In this document: positions 8,497 through 17,841 of the stretch, one piece after another
Numbering within the stretch: position 1 is the stretch's first letter
How the letters are laid out: every line of letters starts with the position of its first letter
Source: Clostridia bacterium
GTDB lineage: Bacteria; Bacillota; Clostridia; Christensenellales; CAG-1252
Direction of reading: 5' to 3'
Length of the DNA stretch: 34,242 nucleotides
Assembly (NCBI GenBank): GCA_016296985.1
Contig: JAEDHM010000001.1
Span: forward strand, 1-34,242
Notes under the pieces: model-generated
Seen by the model: the letters and a program-made list of their open reading frames with translations, nothing else
The model's database searches: none
What the model was told of the DNA's origin: nothing
Made by a program: the position numbers and the translations under genes

Positions 8497-9452
8497 AAAA
8501 CCTCCAAAATATCCATCAAAAGCAAATGAGCCACACTTTCTACACTACAATTTGCCTTAAATCTTTTTCTTGCCTCAGCAATTGAATCAAGGGCCGAGGC
8601 GCACCCTTTTTCCTCCACCTTTTCAGCAAGGTGAGAATATCTTTCCTTGTATTTTTCAAAGGATAAACTTCCCTTTCCATATCTTGTTTTTAAGATATCT
8701 TGAAAAACCATCTCGAAAAAGTCGAGGGTATCGGGAAACTCTTTTTGGGAAAATTCGCTACCCGACAAAAAGGTAGGCATATTGTCCAATGACAATCCCT
8801 CAAGGATATCCAAAACAAAGGATGAAAGGGTAAAATATCTGTCGTCTTGCAAAAGTTTTACCGCAAGGTCTAAAGAGCCACCGGCGCAACGGGACGCGCC
8901 CTTTGCTCCCTCGTCCTCATAACCCTTTTCTATCAAAGCGTTGTAGATTGCATCAGCGGAAAAAGGCGCAAGGTCAAGTTGTCTTGTCCTTGATCTTACC
9001 GTTTGCAAAACTCCCTTAGGAGAGGTTGCGGTGATAAGAAAATGCACTTTAGGTCTAGGCTCTTCAAGAGTTTTCAAAAGCTTGTTTTGAACCACCTCGC
9101 TACACTGATCAAGGTTGCGGATGATATACACCTTTTCCCCACCTTCAAAGGAAGAAAGAGAGGCGTCTTCTAAAATCTCCTCAACTTGTTCAACCTTAAA
9201 ACTTTCGCCGTCAGGATTAACCTGTCGCAAGTCCGTCTTGTTGTTGGAAAAAACCTTTTCGCATTCAGGACAACTTCCGCACCCGAGTTTGGGGCAGTAA
9301 ACCCTAAGACAAATCAAGGTCAACAAATTTTCCAAAGCGATTTTATCCCTTGAAACCAACAAATAGGAATGGCTAAAATTTTCGGGAATATCCTTCTCGA
9401 GCAGTTTATAAGCCAATGAAGTTTTCACTAGGGATAAAAATTCTTTATTCAT
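8493..9452 (-). CDS. holB: DNA polymerase III delta-prime subunit
   Basis: 319 aa with a clamp-loader AAA+ layout. It has the zinc module CPKLGCGSCPECEKV and the motif VRSRTRQL. It overlaps the ricT start by 4 nt. Confidence 0.8.
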   Translation of the reverse strand: MNKEFLSLVKTSLAYKLLEKDIPENFSHSYLLVSRDKIALENLLTLICLRVYCPKLGCGSCPECEKVFSNNKTDLRQVNPDGESFKVEQVEEILEDASLSSFEGGEKVYIIRNLDQCSEVVQNKLLKTLEEPRPKVHFLITATSPKGVLQTVRSRTRQLDLAPFSADAIYNALIEKGYEDEGAKGASRCAGGSLDLAVKLLQDDRYFTLSSFVLDILEGLSLDNMPTFLSGSEFSQKEFPDTLDFFEMVFQDILKTRYGKGSLSFEKYKERYSHLAEKVEEKGCASALDSIAEARKRFKANCSVESVAHLLLMDILEVL

Positions 9453-9455
9453 TTA

Positions 9456-10304
9456 TCAATTAAACAAGTCGTCATCGAAGGGATCGGACGAGGATGACGA
9501 GGAAGAGGTATCCTCAGAGGGGTCGGAAGAACTTTCCTCTCCGCCGCCCAAATCAAAGGGGTCGTCGGTGGTGGTGGTATAGGTATCTCTACCGCCATAA
9601 GAATAACCGTCGTCACGATAGCCGTCCTCTCTTACGCCGTAACTGTGATATCTTGATCCTCTGTCCTCGTAGGGAACAATGGAAGGATCGGGTACGTAGT
9701 TGCGGATATACAAAGCAAGCATAATTTGCGCGATGATTTCACCGATAATAACCAATGCGATAAAGACGTAGTTTATGATCACGATTGCGCTACCCAATTC
9801 CATAAAGGTAGTCAAAAGTTCTAACACGTACTCGAAAACAATTTCAACCACAATACAAATTACGGTAGTCCAAACGAAAACGCGCAAATAGTTGTCTTTG
9901 TGGAAGTTGGGATCATACCGCATCGAGCGATAAAGGTTAATAAATCCAATGATTGAATAAACACCGCTTATGATCAAAAGAACGCTGAATACCAAGCCGA
10001 TTGCATCGCCGGGAGCGAAGATATAAATGGTATTCAAGATAAAAGCGCCGATTTGTATTCCCGAGCCGGTGATTATAAACTTAAAAGCACGGGCGGCGGT
10101 AGTACCTTTTGAAATTTTAAAAGCGAAAAGGTAAAGTACAATCATAACGCCGGTAGCTACCATCAACAAAATAGATGCGATAGTTTGTATAATGGTATCA
10201 TTGCTTACGTAAGTCAACACAGTTGCAACCACGTCAACAACGGCAAAAATAATAGCCATAGGAATTGCAAGTTGTCTGATTTTATTGAGTTTAATGCTGT
10301 CCAT
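9456..10304 (-). CDS. Polytopic membrane protein with an acidic, Ser-rich C-terminal tail; function unknown
   Basis: 282 aa with about 6-7 hydrophobic segments. The tail reads ...DDPFDLGGGEESSSDPSEDTSSSSSSSDPFDDDLFN. AGGAGGA lies upstream. The stop is 3 nt before the holB start. Confidence 0.7.
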   Translation of the reverse strand: MDSIKLNKIRQLAIPMAIIFAVVDVVATVLTYVSNDTIIQTIASILLMVATGVMIVLYLFAFKISKGTTAARAFKFIITGSGIQIGAFILNTIYIFAPGDAIGLVFSVLLIISGVYSIIGFINLYRSMRYDPNFHKDNYLRVFVWTTVICIVVEIVFEYVLELLTTFMELGSAIVIINYVFIALVIIGEIIAQIMLALYIRNYVPDPSIVPYEDRGSRYHSYGVREDGYRDDGYSYGGRDTYTTTTDDPFDLGGGEESSSDPSEDTSSSSSSSDPFDDDLFN

Positions 10305-10316
10305 ATGTCCTCCTGT

Positions 10317-11102
10317 TTATTTCCAAACCGCGTAAAAATAGAAATGTGTGCCGATATCTTCGGGAGTGATTTCAGTCCAATGGGGATCGGAAGAATCACG
10401 GGGGACGTCGGGGCTTGTGTTGTTTATCCCCAAGCGCCAGTGAGAAAATTCACGTCCGTCCTTTGAGATAGGGGCTTGAAGTTGAAGAACGTTATCTTCC
10501 AAAGAATAGGTTGCAGGGTTTGGATTTTCTGCATCGCCTAAATTGAAATAGTATAAGTCGTAAATAATATATTCACAGTCAAGGGTCAGGTTTAGGTTGC
10601 CAAACCAAGTGCCCGCATCGAGAATATAATAATGTCTTTCTCCGTCCGTCCAACCGTTTATGGCAACGCCCTTTTCACTTTTCCACAAGGGAAGCACTAC
10701 CCTTTCATAGGCTTGATAGGAATAGGTAAATTCTGAGGTGAACTGCGCCCATTGAGGATATTCGTAAGTGATTTTATAACTTTCGGGGCGTACGTTTAGA
10801 CTAAGGTACAAGTCCCCATTGACCGGCTTTGAAAAGTCGTAGGGTAAATCGGAAGACCTTTCGATATACTCGGTAATATAGCCCTTGGGAAGTTCAAACC
10901 CCAAAGTATCGTCTGCAGGCTTTGAGATAACCGTTCCTTCCAAAACGTAGCAGTCTTCGGGCAACGTTACCTGTGTATTTTCACCGCCGTCAAAGGAAAC
11001 GAGAAAAGATTTCGGCCCCTCGGGAGCCTTTTCCTCGCACCCCACGAAAAGTAAGGTAAGTAATAAAGCAGTGAGCAGTAAAAGGGAAATAATTTTCTTC
11101 AT
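10317..11102 (-). CDS. Lipoprotein with Listeria-Bacteroides-repeat-like modules
   Basis: Signal peptide plus lipobox MKKIISLLLLTALLLTLLFVGCEE. Repeat-type endings include GVAINGWTDG and GREFSHWRL...FYFYAVWK. Confidence 0.7.
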   Translation of the reverse strand: MKKIISLLLLTALLLTLLFVGCEEKAPEGPKSFLVSFDGGENTQVTLPEDCYVLEGTVISKPADDTLGFELPKGYITEYIERSSDLPYDFSKPVNGDLYLSLNVRPESYKITYEYPQWAQFTSEFTYSYQAYERVVLPLWKSEKGVAINGWTDGERHYYILDAGTWFGNLNLTLDCEYIIYDLYYFNLGDAENPNPATYSLEDNVLQLQAPISKDGREFSHWRLGINNTSPDVPRDSSDPHWTEITPEDIGTHFYFYAVWK

Positions 11103-11108
11103 TCTCTT

Positions 11109-11117
11109 ATATTAACA
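11109..11117 (-). promoter_or_regulatory. Extended -10 element placed 6 nt from the lipoprotein ATG
   Basis: Minus strand reads TGTTAATAT, then AAGAGA, then ATG (11100-11102). I see no convincing -35. Confidence 0.35.
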
Positions 11118-11175
11118 TATTTTGGTTAAAAAAGGTATAACATACTCAAATTTTTCCGCAAGAAACAAGAAATTA

Positions 11176-11209
11176 AAAAGAAAGTCGAGGCTGACTTTCT
11201 TTTTTTTTC
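11176..11209 (-). terminator. Hairpin terminator after the acidic-protein gene
   Basis: Stem gaaagtc/gactttc (11180-11199) flanked by A and T runs. On the minus strand the hairpin is followed by tttttaattt. Confidence 0.55.
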
Positions 11210-11228
11210 TATTTTATATAGGGTTTTA

Positions 11229-12755
11229 TCAGTCGAAGTTCTTTTCCCTAATCTTAATCAACAAGGCGCCGATTTCACGACGGAACTTGTCAAAATCTTT
11301 ACCGGGAGCAGTTCTGACGATAGAGGAGATAACCTTGGATTTTTTGTTTACGGTACCAAATTCGGCAAACACATCCTCTCCCTTTACGTAGATACTCAAA
11401 CCGAAATGTTTTTTCTTGCTATTGAAAAGCATGATAAGACCGATAAGACCAAACAAGGCGCCACCTGCTAAAATGCAGTAAACAGCCCAATCAAATTTTA
11501 CCAATTCCAAGAAACCGCCAAAGGCGAAGTTGTAAACGAACACGCCTGCGCAAATAAGCACAAAAAGCAAACCAAAAATAACTTTTGCAGCGGAGACCTT
11601 GGTATATTTCTTGCTCTTTATCGAAGTAACGTCTTCAACGGGAACTTCGCTTACTTCACCTGCATCAATCAAAATTCTCTTGTTTGTAACGGTGATTCTA
11701 CCGCTTCCCTTTTCAGGACGGAAGGCTTGATAACGACGCAAAACGAATTCGTTGTCAGACAACACGAAACCGTCGGCGTACTCGTTATCCGAGAAAATTT
11801 CGTCACGGGAAATAAGCTTTTGTCCCTTTTTAACGTTTTGCTTTTCTTCCTTTTTGGTGAAAACCTTTGTAGGCCTTGCTTGCTTCACGCCGTTTGTAAC
11901 GGGAACAACCGCAGGAGCAACGCTTTCAGCAGTCTCTTCAACAGGATCGGAAATTGCCCTTGTTTCCTCTTCAATATCTTTCAAGGGAGCGGAAACAACT
12001 TCTTCTACCTCTTCAACTTCGGGTGCGCTTGTGTCAGAAACAACGGGAGTTTCGTCTACAACGGGAGCTTCCTCAAAAACGGGAGCTTCCTCAAAAACGG
12101 GAGCTTCCTCAACTGCAGGAGCTTCCTCAACTGCAGGAGCTTCCTCAACTGCAGGAGCCTCAACTTTCTTTTTACCAATCACCTTTTTTCTTTTGGGACT
12201 TTCGGCAACGGGAACTTCACCACCGTGCTTTTCCCAATAGGTTTTACGAGGGAATTCGTTTTCCATCTCTTCAGCATCCTTCCATGCCTCAGAATCAACG
12301 GGTGCAACCTCCTCAGAAGCTTTCTCCTCAAGAGAAACTTCCTCTTCGGGTAAAACGTCGAGGTCAGGCAAAACGTCGTCGATGGTGTCAAAGGAAACCT
12401 CGGAAGCGATTTCTTCTTTGGCGGAAACGTCGTCTACAACGGGAGTTTCATCTACAACGGGAGCTTCGTCAACGGAAACTTCTTCAAGCAAAGGAGAAGA
12501 GGTCAAAATTTCTTCCTCAACGCTTTCTTCTTGAGGAAGGTCAAGGTCGGAATCTTCAAAAGAGGAAAGGTCAATCTCCTCGGAAATGGGAGCTTCATCT
12601 TTTGCCTTTTCTTCTTCGGGTTGAAAATCAAGTTCGTCAAAAGAAATGGTATCGTCAAGAGAAAAGTCGGCGTCGGGCGTTGAAAGATCGGTTTCGGCCA
12701 ACAACTCGTCAACGTCAAAAGCGTTCATTTCTTCAAAATCCTTGTTTTTTGTCAC
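11229..12755 (-). CDS. Highly acidic repeat protein with a C-terminal PH-like segment and TM hairpin; function unknown
   Basis: 508 aa with a GTG start preceded by GGAGGAC. It contains (EEAPAV)x3 (EEAPVF)x2 repeats. The C-terminal part has RITVTNKRILIDAG followed by two hydrophobic segments. Confidence 0.65.
   Translation of the reverse strand: MTKNKDFEEMNAFDVDELLAETDLSTPDADFSLDDTISFDELDFQPEEEKAKDEAPISEEIDLSSFEDSDLDLPQEESVEEEILTSSPLLEEVSVDEAPVVDETPVVDDVSAKEEIASEVSFDTIDDVLPDLDVLPEEEVSLEEKASEEVAPVDSEAWKDAEEMENEFPRKTYWEKHGGEVPVAESPKRKKVIGKKKVEAPAVEEAPAVEEAPAVEEAPVFEEAPVFEEAPVVDETPVVSDTSAPEVEEVEEVVSAPLKDIEEETRAISDPVEETAESVAPAVVPVTNGVKQARPTKVFTKKEEKQNVKKGQKLISRDEIFSDNEYADGFVLSDNEFVLRRYQAFRPEKGSGRITVTNKRILIDAGEVSEVPVEDVTSIKSKKYTKVSAAKVIFGLLFVLICAGVFVYNFAFGGFLELVKFDWAVYCILAGGALFGLIGLIMLFNSKKKHFGLSIYVKGEDVFAEFGTVNKKSKVISSIVRTAPGKDFDKFRREIGALLIKIREKNFD
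12041..12163. repeat. About 7 tandem 18-nt units inside the acidic-protein CDS
   Basis: The unit aacgggagcttcctcaaa occurs 2-3 times and tgcaggagcttcctcaac about 3 times, with degenerate flanking units. The units are in frame at 6 aa per unit. Confidence 0.85.
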
Positions 12756-12801
12756 AAAAAGTCCTCCTTAGCCCAAGCCGTTACTCACAGGCATTATATA
12801 C

Positions 12802-12831
12802 AGTATATAACTTCACACTTATTCTTGTCAA
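12802..12831 (-). promoter_or_regulatory. Candidate promoter of the acidic-protein gene
   Basis: Minus strand reads TTGACA (12826-12831), 18 nt, TATACT (12802-12807). The -35 lies inside one of two TTGACAAGAATAA direct repeats. Confidence 0.4.
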
Positions 12832-12860
12832 TAAGGGTATGCGGTTATTCTTGTCAAATT

Positions 12861-13346
12861 TTACGCTTTTGTAGAACCAAAACCGCCGTCTCTTACACCT
12901 TCGGCGTTGTCGTCGGTGGTAATTCCAAAAGGAATAAAAATGCCTTGCGTAAAGGCCTTCCCCTTTTCAAGGTGTATATCCTTCTTTCCACAATTGGTGA
13001 CTTTTGTCAAAATATGCCCTTCGTTGCTTGAATAGTAATAGTCGGAATCGATTATGCCCACCGTGTTGTCAAGGCGTAAACGGTACTTAAAACCAAGTCC
13101 GCTTTTGGGGAAGGTAGCCAAAAACCAACCCTCTCCAATTTTCACCCTTACGCCGGTTGCGATTACAACGCTTTCGCCTACTTTAAGGTCAAGATCCATA
13201 GGGAGGAAAAAGTCGTATCCCGCGCTTCCCTTCGTGGCACGGACGGGAAGTTTTATGCTATCGTAGTCCCCATTGTTGCAGTTTGCCAAAGAGTCCGCTT
13301 CGTACTGCTTGTAAGAGACCTTTTCAAATAACGCTATTCTTTCCAT
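12861..13346 (-). CDS. dut: dUTP diphosphatase (trimeric dUTPase family)
   Basis: 161 aa with the motifs GSAGYDFF, TGVRVKI and VGIIDSDYY. Confidence 0.8.
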   Translation of the reverse strand: MERIALFEKVSYKQYEADSLANCNNGDYDSIKLPVRATKGSAGYDFFLPMDLDLKVGESVVIATGVRVKIGEGWFLATFPKSGLGFKYRLRLDNTVGIIDSDYYYSSNEGHILTKVTNCGKKDIHLEKGKAFTQGIFIPFGITTDDNAEGVRDGGFGSTKA

Positions 13347-13365
13347 AAATCACCTTTTCTTATAT

Positions 13366-13395
13366 GGAAAAATTGCGGATACTCCGCAATTCTTC
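13366..13395 (-). terminator. Terminator-like hairpin after lysS
   Basis: A 9-bp stem (aattgcgga/tccgcaatt, 13371-13391). On the minus strand it is followed by ttttt. Confidence 0.55.
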
Positions 13396-13407
13396 CAATT
13401 TAACTTA

Positions 13408-14925
13408 TTATTTTTTCACAATGGGTTTCATTGTGGGGAAAAGCAAAACGTCACGGATGCTTGCGCTGTCGGTAAGCAACATTACAAGCCTGTCAACGCC
13501 CATACCAAAGCCACCTGTGGGGGGCATACCGTATTCTAAAGCGGTAACAAAATCGTCGTCGGTCATTTGCGCTTCTTCATCGCCCTTTGCTCTTTCACGG
13601 GCTTGCGCCATAAATCTTTCTCTTTGGTCAACGGGGTCGTTTAATTCAGAGAAAGCGTTACCGAATTCCCAACCGTTGATAAAGATCTCAAATCTTTCGG
13701 TAAGGAGAGGGTCGGTAGGCTTGCGCTTTGCCAAGGGAGAAATTTCAACGGGATAGTCGATTATGAAGGTAGGTTGAATAAGGTTGTCTTCAACAAATTC
13801 GTCAAAGAGGAATTCCATAGCCTTGCCCCAACTTAAGCCGGGCTCCATCTTAATTCCCTTTTCTTGACATTGAGCGTAAACCTCTTCAACGGTTTTTCCG
13901 GTAAATTCTACGCCTGAGTATTCTTTTACCGCCTCGGCCATAGGAAGACGTCTCCAGTTGCCGTCAAGGTTGATATCCTTTCCTTGATAGGTGATTTGAA
14001 GAGAGTTGCAAACCTTCAAAGCGCAGTGCTTTATAAGTCTTTCGGTGATGTCCATCATTGCGTTGTAGTCAACGTAGGCTTGATAAAGTTCCATGGTAGT
14101 AAACTCGGGATTGTGCTTTATGTCCATGCCCTCGTTTCTAAACTGTCTGCCCATTTCGTAAACCTTTTCAAAACCGCCAACGATACATCTCTTCAAATAA
14201 AGTTCGGGAGCGATACGCATATACATATCGATATCCAAAGCGTTGTGGTGAGTGATAAAAGGTCTTGCGGTTGCGCCACCTGCGATGGTATTGAGAATGG
14301 GGGTTTCAACTTCTAAAAATCCTTCACCGTCCAAAAATTCACGAATACCGCTTACGATTCTGCTACGCTTTACAAAGGTTTCTTTTACGTCGGGGTTTGC
14401 GATCAAGTCAACGTAGCGTTGACGATAGCGCAAATCGGTGTCCCTTAATCCGTGATATTTTTCAGGCAAAGGCAAAAGGGATTTCGACAACAAAACGACC
14501 TCTTTTGCGTGTACGCTTATTTCCTCGGTACGGGTTTTGAAAACAAAGCCCTTGATCCCCAAGATATCGCCGATATCAAAGGTTTTGAAAGCAGCGTAAC
14601 TTTCTTCGCCAACGTCGTCGCGTTTTACGTAAAACTGAATTTTTCCGTTGCCGTCCATAAGGTGAGCAAAGGAAGCCTTGCCCATAATACGGCGACTTAC
14701 CATACGACCTGCGATAACTACTTCTTGTCCTTCAAGTCCTTCGTAGTCGGCAAAAATATCACTTGAAGTGTGAGTTTTGTCATATCTTACGCGGTGGAAG
14801 GGATTTTCCCCAGTTTCTTGCAAGGCGCGCAACTTTTCAAGTCTGCCCTTGCGGATTTCATTTCTTTCTTCTTCGGTGAGGACGGTTTCCTCAACGGGTA
14901 AATTGTTATTTCTGATTTCGTCCAT
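13408..14925 (-). CDS. lysS: Lysine--tRNA ligase (class II)
   Basis: 505 aa. Contains an OB-fold segment ([20 protein letters not shown]) and the class II motifs FRNEGMD and [15 protein letters not shown]. Confidence 0.95.
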   Translation of the reverse strand: MDEIRNNNLPVEETVLTEEERNEIRKGRLEKLRALQETGENPFHRVRYDKTHTSSDIFADYEGLEGQEVVIAGRMVSRRIMGKASFAHLMDGNGKIQFYVKRDDVGEESYAAFKTFDIGDILGIKGFVFKTRTEEISVHAKEVVLLSKSLLPLPEKYHGLRDTDLRYRQRYVDLIANPDVKETFVKRSRIVSGIREFLDGEGFLEVETPILNTIAGGATARPFITHHNALDIDMYMRIAPELYLKRCIVGGFEKVYEMGRQFRNEGMDIKHNPEFTTMELYQAYVDYNAMMDITERLIKHCALKVCNSLQITYQGKDINLDGNWRRLPMAEAVKEYSGVEFTGKTVEEVYAQCQEKGIKMEPGLSWGKAMEFLFDEFVEDNLIQPTFIIDYPVEISPLAKRKPTDPLLTERFEIFINGWEFGNAFSELNDPVDQRERFMAQARERAKGDEEAQMTDDDFVTALEYGMPPTGGFGMGVDRLVMLLTDSASIRDVLLFPTMKPIVKK

Positions 14926-14927
14926 AA

Positions 14928-15407
14928 TTATTTGCTGATAGAGAGAATTTTGTAAACGTAGATAATTCCGTTGGGGGCTTTTACTTCGGCGCGATCACCG
15001 ACTTTTTTGCCCAAAATTGCTTGACCTAAAGGAGACTTGTTGCTGATAGATCCTTCTTCATAATTTGCTTCGGCAGCGCCGACAAGCTTGTATTCAACAA
15101 CTTCGTCCAAATCTTCGTCGTGCATTTTTACAACGCAACCTACGCTGATAACGGACAAGTCCAACTCGCTGTCGTCAATAACCTTTGCATACTTGAGAGT
15201 AGCTTCGATTTCTATAATTTTTGCTTCAAGACGGCCTTGATCTTCTTTAGCGGCGTCGTATTCAGCGTTTTCGGACAAGTCGCCGAATTCTCTTGCTTGC
15301 TTAACGCGTTCTGCAGCTTCGCCACGTTTTTCCTTGACTAAAATCTCAAGCTCTTCTTCAAGTTTTTTGTATCCTTCTTTGGTAAGAATAATGCTTTCAG
15401 TTGCCAT
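14928..15407 (-). CDS. greA: Transcription elongation factor GreA
   Basis: Starts [21 protein letters not shown] and contains [19 protein letters not shown] lies upstream of the ATG at 15405-15407. I rejected the 19-codon N-terminal extension in the track. Confidence 0.9.
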   Translation of the reverse strand: MATESIILTKEGYKKLEEELEILVKEKRGEAAERVKQAREFGDLSENAEYDAAKEDQGRLEAKIIEIEATLKYAKVIDDSELDLSVISVGCVVKMHDEDLDEVVEYKLVGAAEANYEEGSISNKSPLGQAILGKKVGDRAEVKAPNGIIYVYKILSISK

Positions 15408-15452
15408 ATAAACCTCCAAGGTGCAAAGCACCCAAAATTTCCTTGTGGGAGA

Positions 15453-15481
15453 ATTATAAACCACAAACAGATATAAGTCAA
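15453..15481 (-). promoter_or_regulatory. greA-lysS promoter
   Basis: Minus strand reads TTGACT (15476-15481), 17 nt, TATAAT (15453-15458). The leader is about 45 nt and has a Shine-Dalgarno sequence. Confidence 0.55.
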
Positions 15482-15542
15482 GGAATTAACAAGACTTGAG
15501 AATAATCAATAATATATACTTAGTAAAAGTGCCGAAAAACGC

Positions 15543-15571
15543 TTTACAACAAAAAATTAGTATTGTATAAT
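15543..15571 (+). promoter_or_regulatory. rpsF-ssb-rpsR promoter
   Basis: TTTACA (15543-15548), 17 nt, TATAAT (15566-15571). Confidence 0.55.
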
Positions 15572-15641
15572 CTATGCATTGCGGTTAATCCGCATCCTTA
15601 CCTTTGCAAAAAGGTCATCAAGTCCAAAAGGAGGTACGTTT

Positions 15642-15929
15642 ATGAACAAGTACGAAGTACTCTACATTCTCGAATCAGAATTATCTGACGAAGCTAAGGG
15701 TGCGTTAGTAGACAAGTTCGCAGGTGTCGTTACCGGCATGGGCGGCGAAGTTACCACCATCGACAAATGGGGTGACAGAGAATACGCTTATCCTATCGAC
15801 TATAAAACCACAGGTTATTATGCACTTATGAACTTTTCTGCCGACAGCAACGTTCCCGCCGAGCTCGAACGTCAAATGAGAATTACTGACGGTGTAGTAA
15901 GATTCATGGTAACAAGAAAAGACAAGTAA
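15642..15929 (+). CDS. rpsF: 30S ribosomal protein S6
   Basis: Starts MNKYEVLYILESELSDE. AAAGGAGG precedes the ATG at 15642. Confidence 0.95.
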   Translation: MNKYEVLYILESELSDEAKGALVDKFAGVVTGMGGEVTTIDKWGDREYAYPIDYKTTGYYALMNFSADSNVPAELERQMRITDGVVRFMVTRKDK

Positions 15930-15943
15930 TCAGGAGGATTTTT

Positions 15944-16306
15944 ATGAACAGAGTATTTTTGATCGGAAACCTTACAAAGGACCCCGAAGTAAGCACCACA
16001 ACCAGCGGTGTTGCCGTTTGTAGATTCACCCTCGCCGTAACCAGAAGATTTGGCAACAATGAAACAGATTTTCTTCCCATCATCGTATGGCGCGGTCAAG
16101 CCGAAAACTGCGGAAAGTTCCTCAAGAAAGGTAGCAAGGCTGCCGTTGCAGGAAGCATCCAAATTCGCTCTTACGATGCAATGGACGGTTCTAAAAGATA
16201 CGTTACCGAAATCGTGGCTGACGAAGTTCAGTTTTTAAGCAGTAAGGCCGGTGGCGACGATGATACCGGCGACATGAAGCCTATTGACGACGGGCTTCCG
16301 TTCTAA
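15944..16306 (+). CDS. ssb: Single-stranded DNA-binding protein
   Basis: Starts MNRVFLIGNLTKDPE with an OB fold. The acidic tail ends in DDGLPF. Confidence 0.9.
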   Translation: MNRVFLIGNLTKDPEVSTTTSGVAVCRFTLAVTRRFGNNETDFLPIIVWRGQAENCGKFLKKGSKAAVAGSIQIRSYDAMDGSKRYVTEIVADEVQFLSSKAGGDDDTGDMKPIDDGLPF

Positions 16307-16323
16307 TTTAAAAGGAGATAATT

Positions 16324-16599
16324 ATGAATACAAATACAAAACCCGTAGACGATAAAAATGCAAAACGTCCCGCAAGGAAACCTGCGAAGAAAAAAGTTTG
16401 TATTTTCTGCGTTGACAAGGTAAACGAAATCGACTACAAAGACGTTAAAAAGTTGAAAAAGTTCGTTTCCGAAAGCGGTAAAATTGCTCCCAGACGTACA
16501 AGTGGCGTATGCGCAAAGCATCAAAGAGCTTTGGCAGTAGCTATTAAGAGAGCAAGAATTATGGCTTTGTTACCTTTCACCGGAACAGACAGAGACTAA
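16324..16599 (+). CDS. rpsR: 30S ribosomal protein S18
   Basis: Contains [32 protein letters not shown] and [13 protein letters not shown]. Confidence 0.95.
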   Translation: MNTNTKPVDDKNAKRPARKPAKKKVCIFCVDKVNEIDYKDVKKLKKFVSESGKIAPRRTSGVCAKHQRALAVAIKRARIMALLPFTGTDRD

Positions 16600-16614
16600 T
16601 AACAAAACAAGATA

Positions 16615-16647
16615 AAGCAAGCAACGGACGTTGCTTGCTTTTTGTTT
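16615..16647 (+). terminator. rpsR terminator; variant of the aagcaagcaac palindrome family
   Basis: aagcaagcaac-ggac-gttgcttgctt gives an 11-bp stem, followed by tttgttt. Confidence 0.75.
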
Positions 16648-16729
16648 GCCCTTCGGTAAATTTATCCCCTTTTCTTTTTTTGGGGTTTATGGTATTATAT
16701 TATTAAAGACTTTTTGTGAGGATGGAGAT

Positions 16730-17821
16730 ATGAAGAAAAAACTTTTCGCATCTTTCTTTGTTTTACTTTTGACGATTTGCATCGTTTTCACCTTTGTGGC
16801 ATGCGAGGAAGAATATACTCCTGCCGATCACTCAAACGCAATTACCCCAAAGGTTGTGTTGTTTATTGGCGACGGTATGGGTGTAAACCACACCTTGAAT
16901 GCCGAGTTGTACACCGGGGAGCAAGCTTATTTCTCCTCCTTTGCAACGGTTACGATGATGGAAACAAACTCTCTTTCGGGGGTTACGGACAGCGCTGCTG
17001 CTGCAACGGCTATGGCTACCGGAAACAAGGGCTATAACGAATATATCGCCATTGACAAAACCACCTCGGCAAACTTTGTTTCCATAACCGAACTTGCAAA
17101 ACGTGATCGCTATGGCGCAGGAGTTGTTACCTCGGACGAAATCACCGGCGCAACGCCTTCGGGTTTTTCCGCTCACGCAAAGTCAAGAAACAACAATGCG
17201 GAAATTTTGTTGAGCCAAGAATCTTCCCCCATCGACCTTCTTTTGGGCGCAGGTAAATACTCCTCTGTTTATCAAGACCGTTTCAAAAAACAAGGCTGGA
17301 CTTGGGCAACAAGCATGGAGGGACTTAGCACACAGCGAAATAAGTTTGTCGCCAGTTTCACCGAGGTTGTACCCGAGGACGGAAATGCTACAACCCCCAC
17401 CCTTACCCAACTTGCAACCTATGCCATTGAGTATATGGAAGCCAACTATCCCACCGGCTATTTCCTTATGATTGAAGGGGCGAAAATCGACAAGGCGTCA
17501 CATAAAAACGACGTAGAAACTATGATCAAAAACCACGTTGACTTTTCAAACGCCATAAAGGCCGTTGACCAAAAACTTTCCGCGCAAAGCGAGGGCTATT
17601 CCCTTATCGTAACCGCCGACCACGAAACTGGCGGTTTGCAAAAGGCGGAAACCAAGGATCAAATTACCAACGACCTTTATACCACTAAAAACCACACCGA
17701 CGCAAAGGTAAAACTTTATTTCAAAAGCACTCTTGCTACGGTGCCCGAAATCCTCAACGCCGACCTTATCCCCAACACCGACGTTTTCCTTCTTTGCAAA
17801 TTCTTGCTATCCATTCAATAG
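16730..17821 (+). CDS. Alkaline phosphatase (PhoA family), lipoprotein
   Basis: Signal and lipobox MKKKLFASFFVLLLTICIVFTFVACEE. Motifs FIGDGMG, VTDSAAAATAMATG (Ser nucleophile) and TADHETGG. Confidence 0.85.
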   Translation: MKKKLFASFFVLLLTICIVFTFVACEEEYTPADHSNAITPKVVLFIGDGMGVNHTLNAELYTGEQAYFSSFATVTMMETNSLSGVTDSAAAATAMATGNKGYNEYIAIDKTTSANFVSITELAKRDRYGAGVVTSDEITGATPSGFSAHAKSRNNNAEILLSQESSPIDLLLGAGKYSSVYQDRFKKQGWTWATSMEGLSTQRNKFVASFTEVVPEDGNATTPTLTQLATYAIEYMEANYPTGYFLMIEGAKIDKASHKNDVETMIKNHVDFSNAIKAVDQKLSAQSEGYSLIVTADHETGGLQKAETKDQITNDLYTTKNHTDAKVKLYFKSTLATVPEILNADLIPNTDVFLLCKFLLSIQ

Positions 17822-17841
17822 TTTGCTTTTAGGTGATTGAA

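Noticed and set aside
11727-12874. Plus-strand ORFs of 162-306 aa antisense to the acidic-protein gene
   Set aside because: Their sequences are low-complexity (S/T/G-rich or K/R/Q/L-rich) and mirror the tandem repeats. They lack ribosome-binding sites and run against the operon direction. The minus-strand ORF has GGAGG plus a GTG start and credible TM and folded regions.
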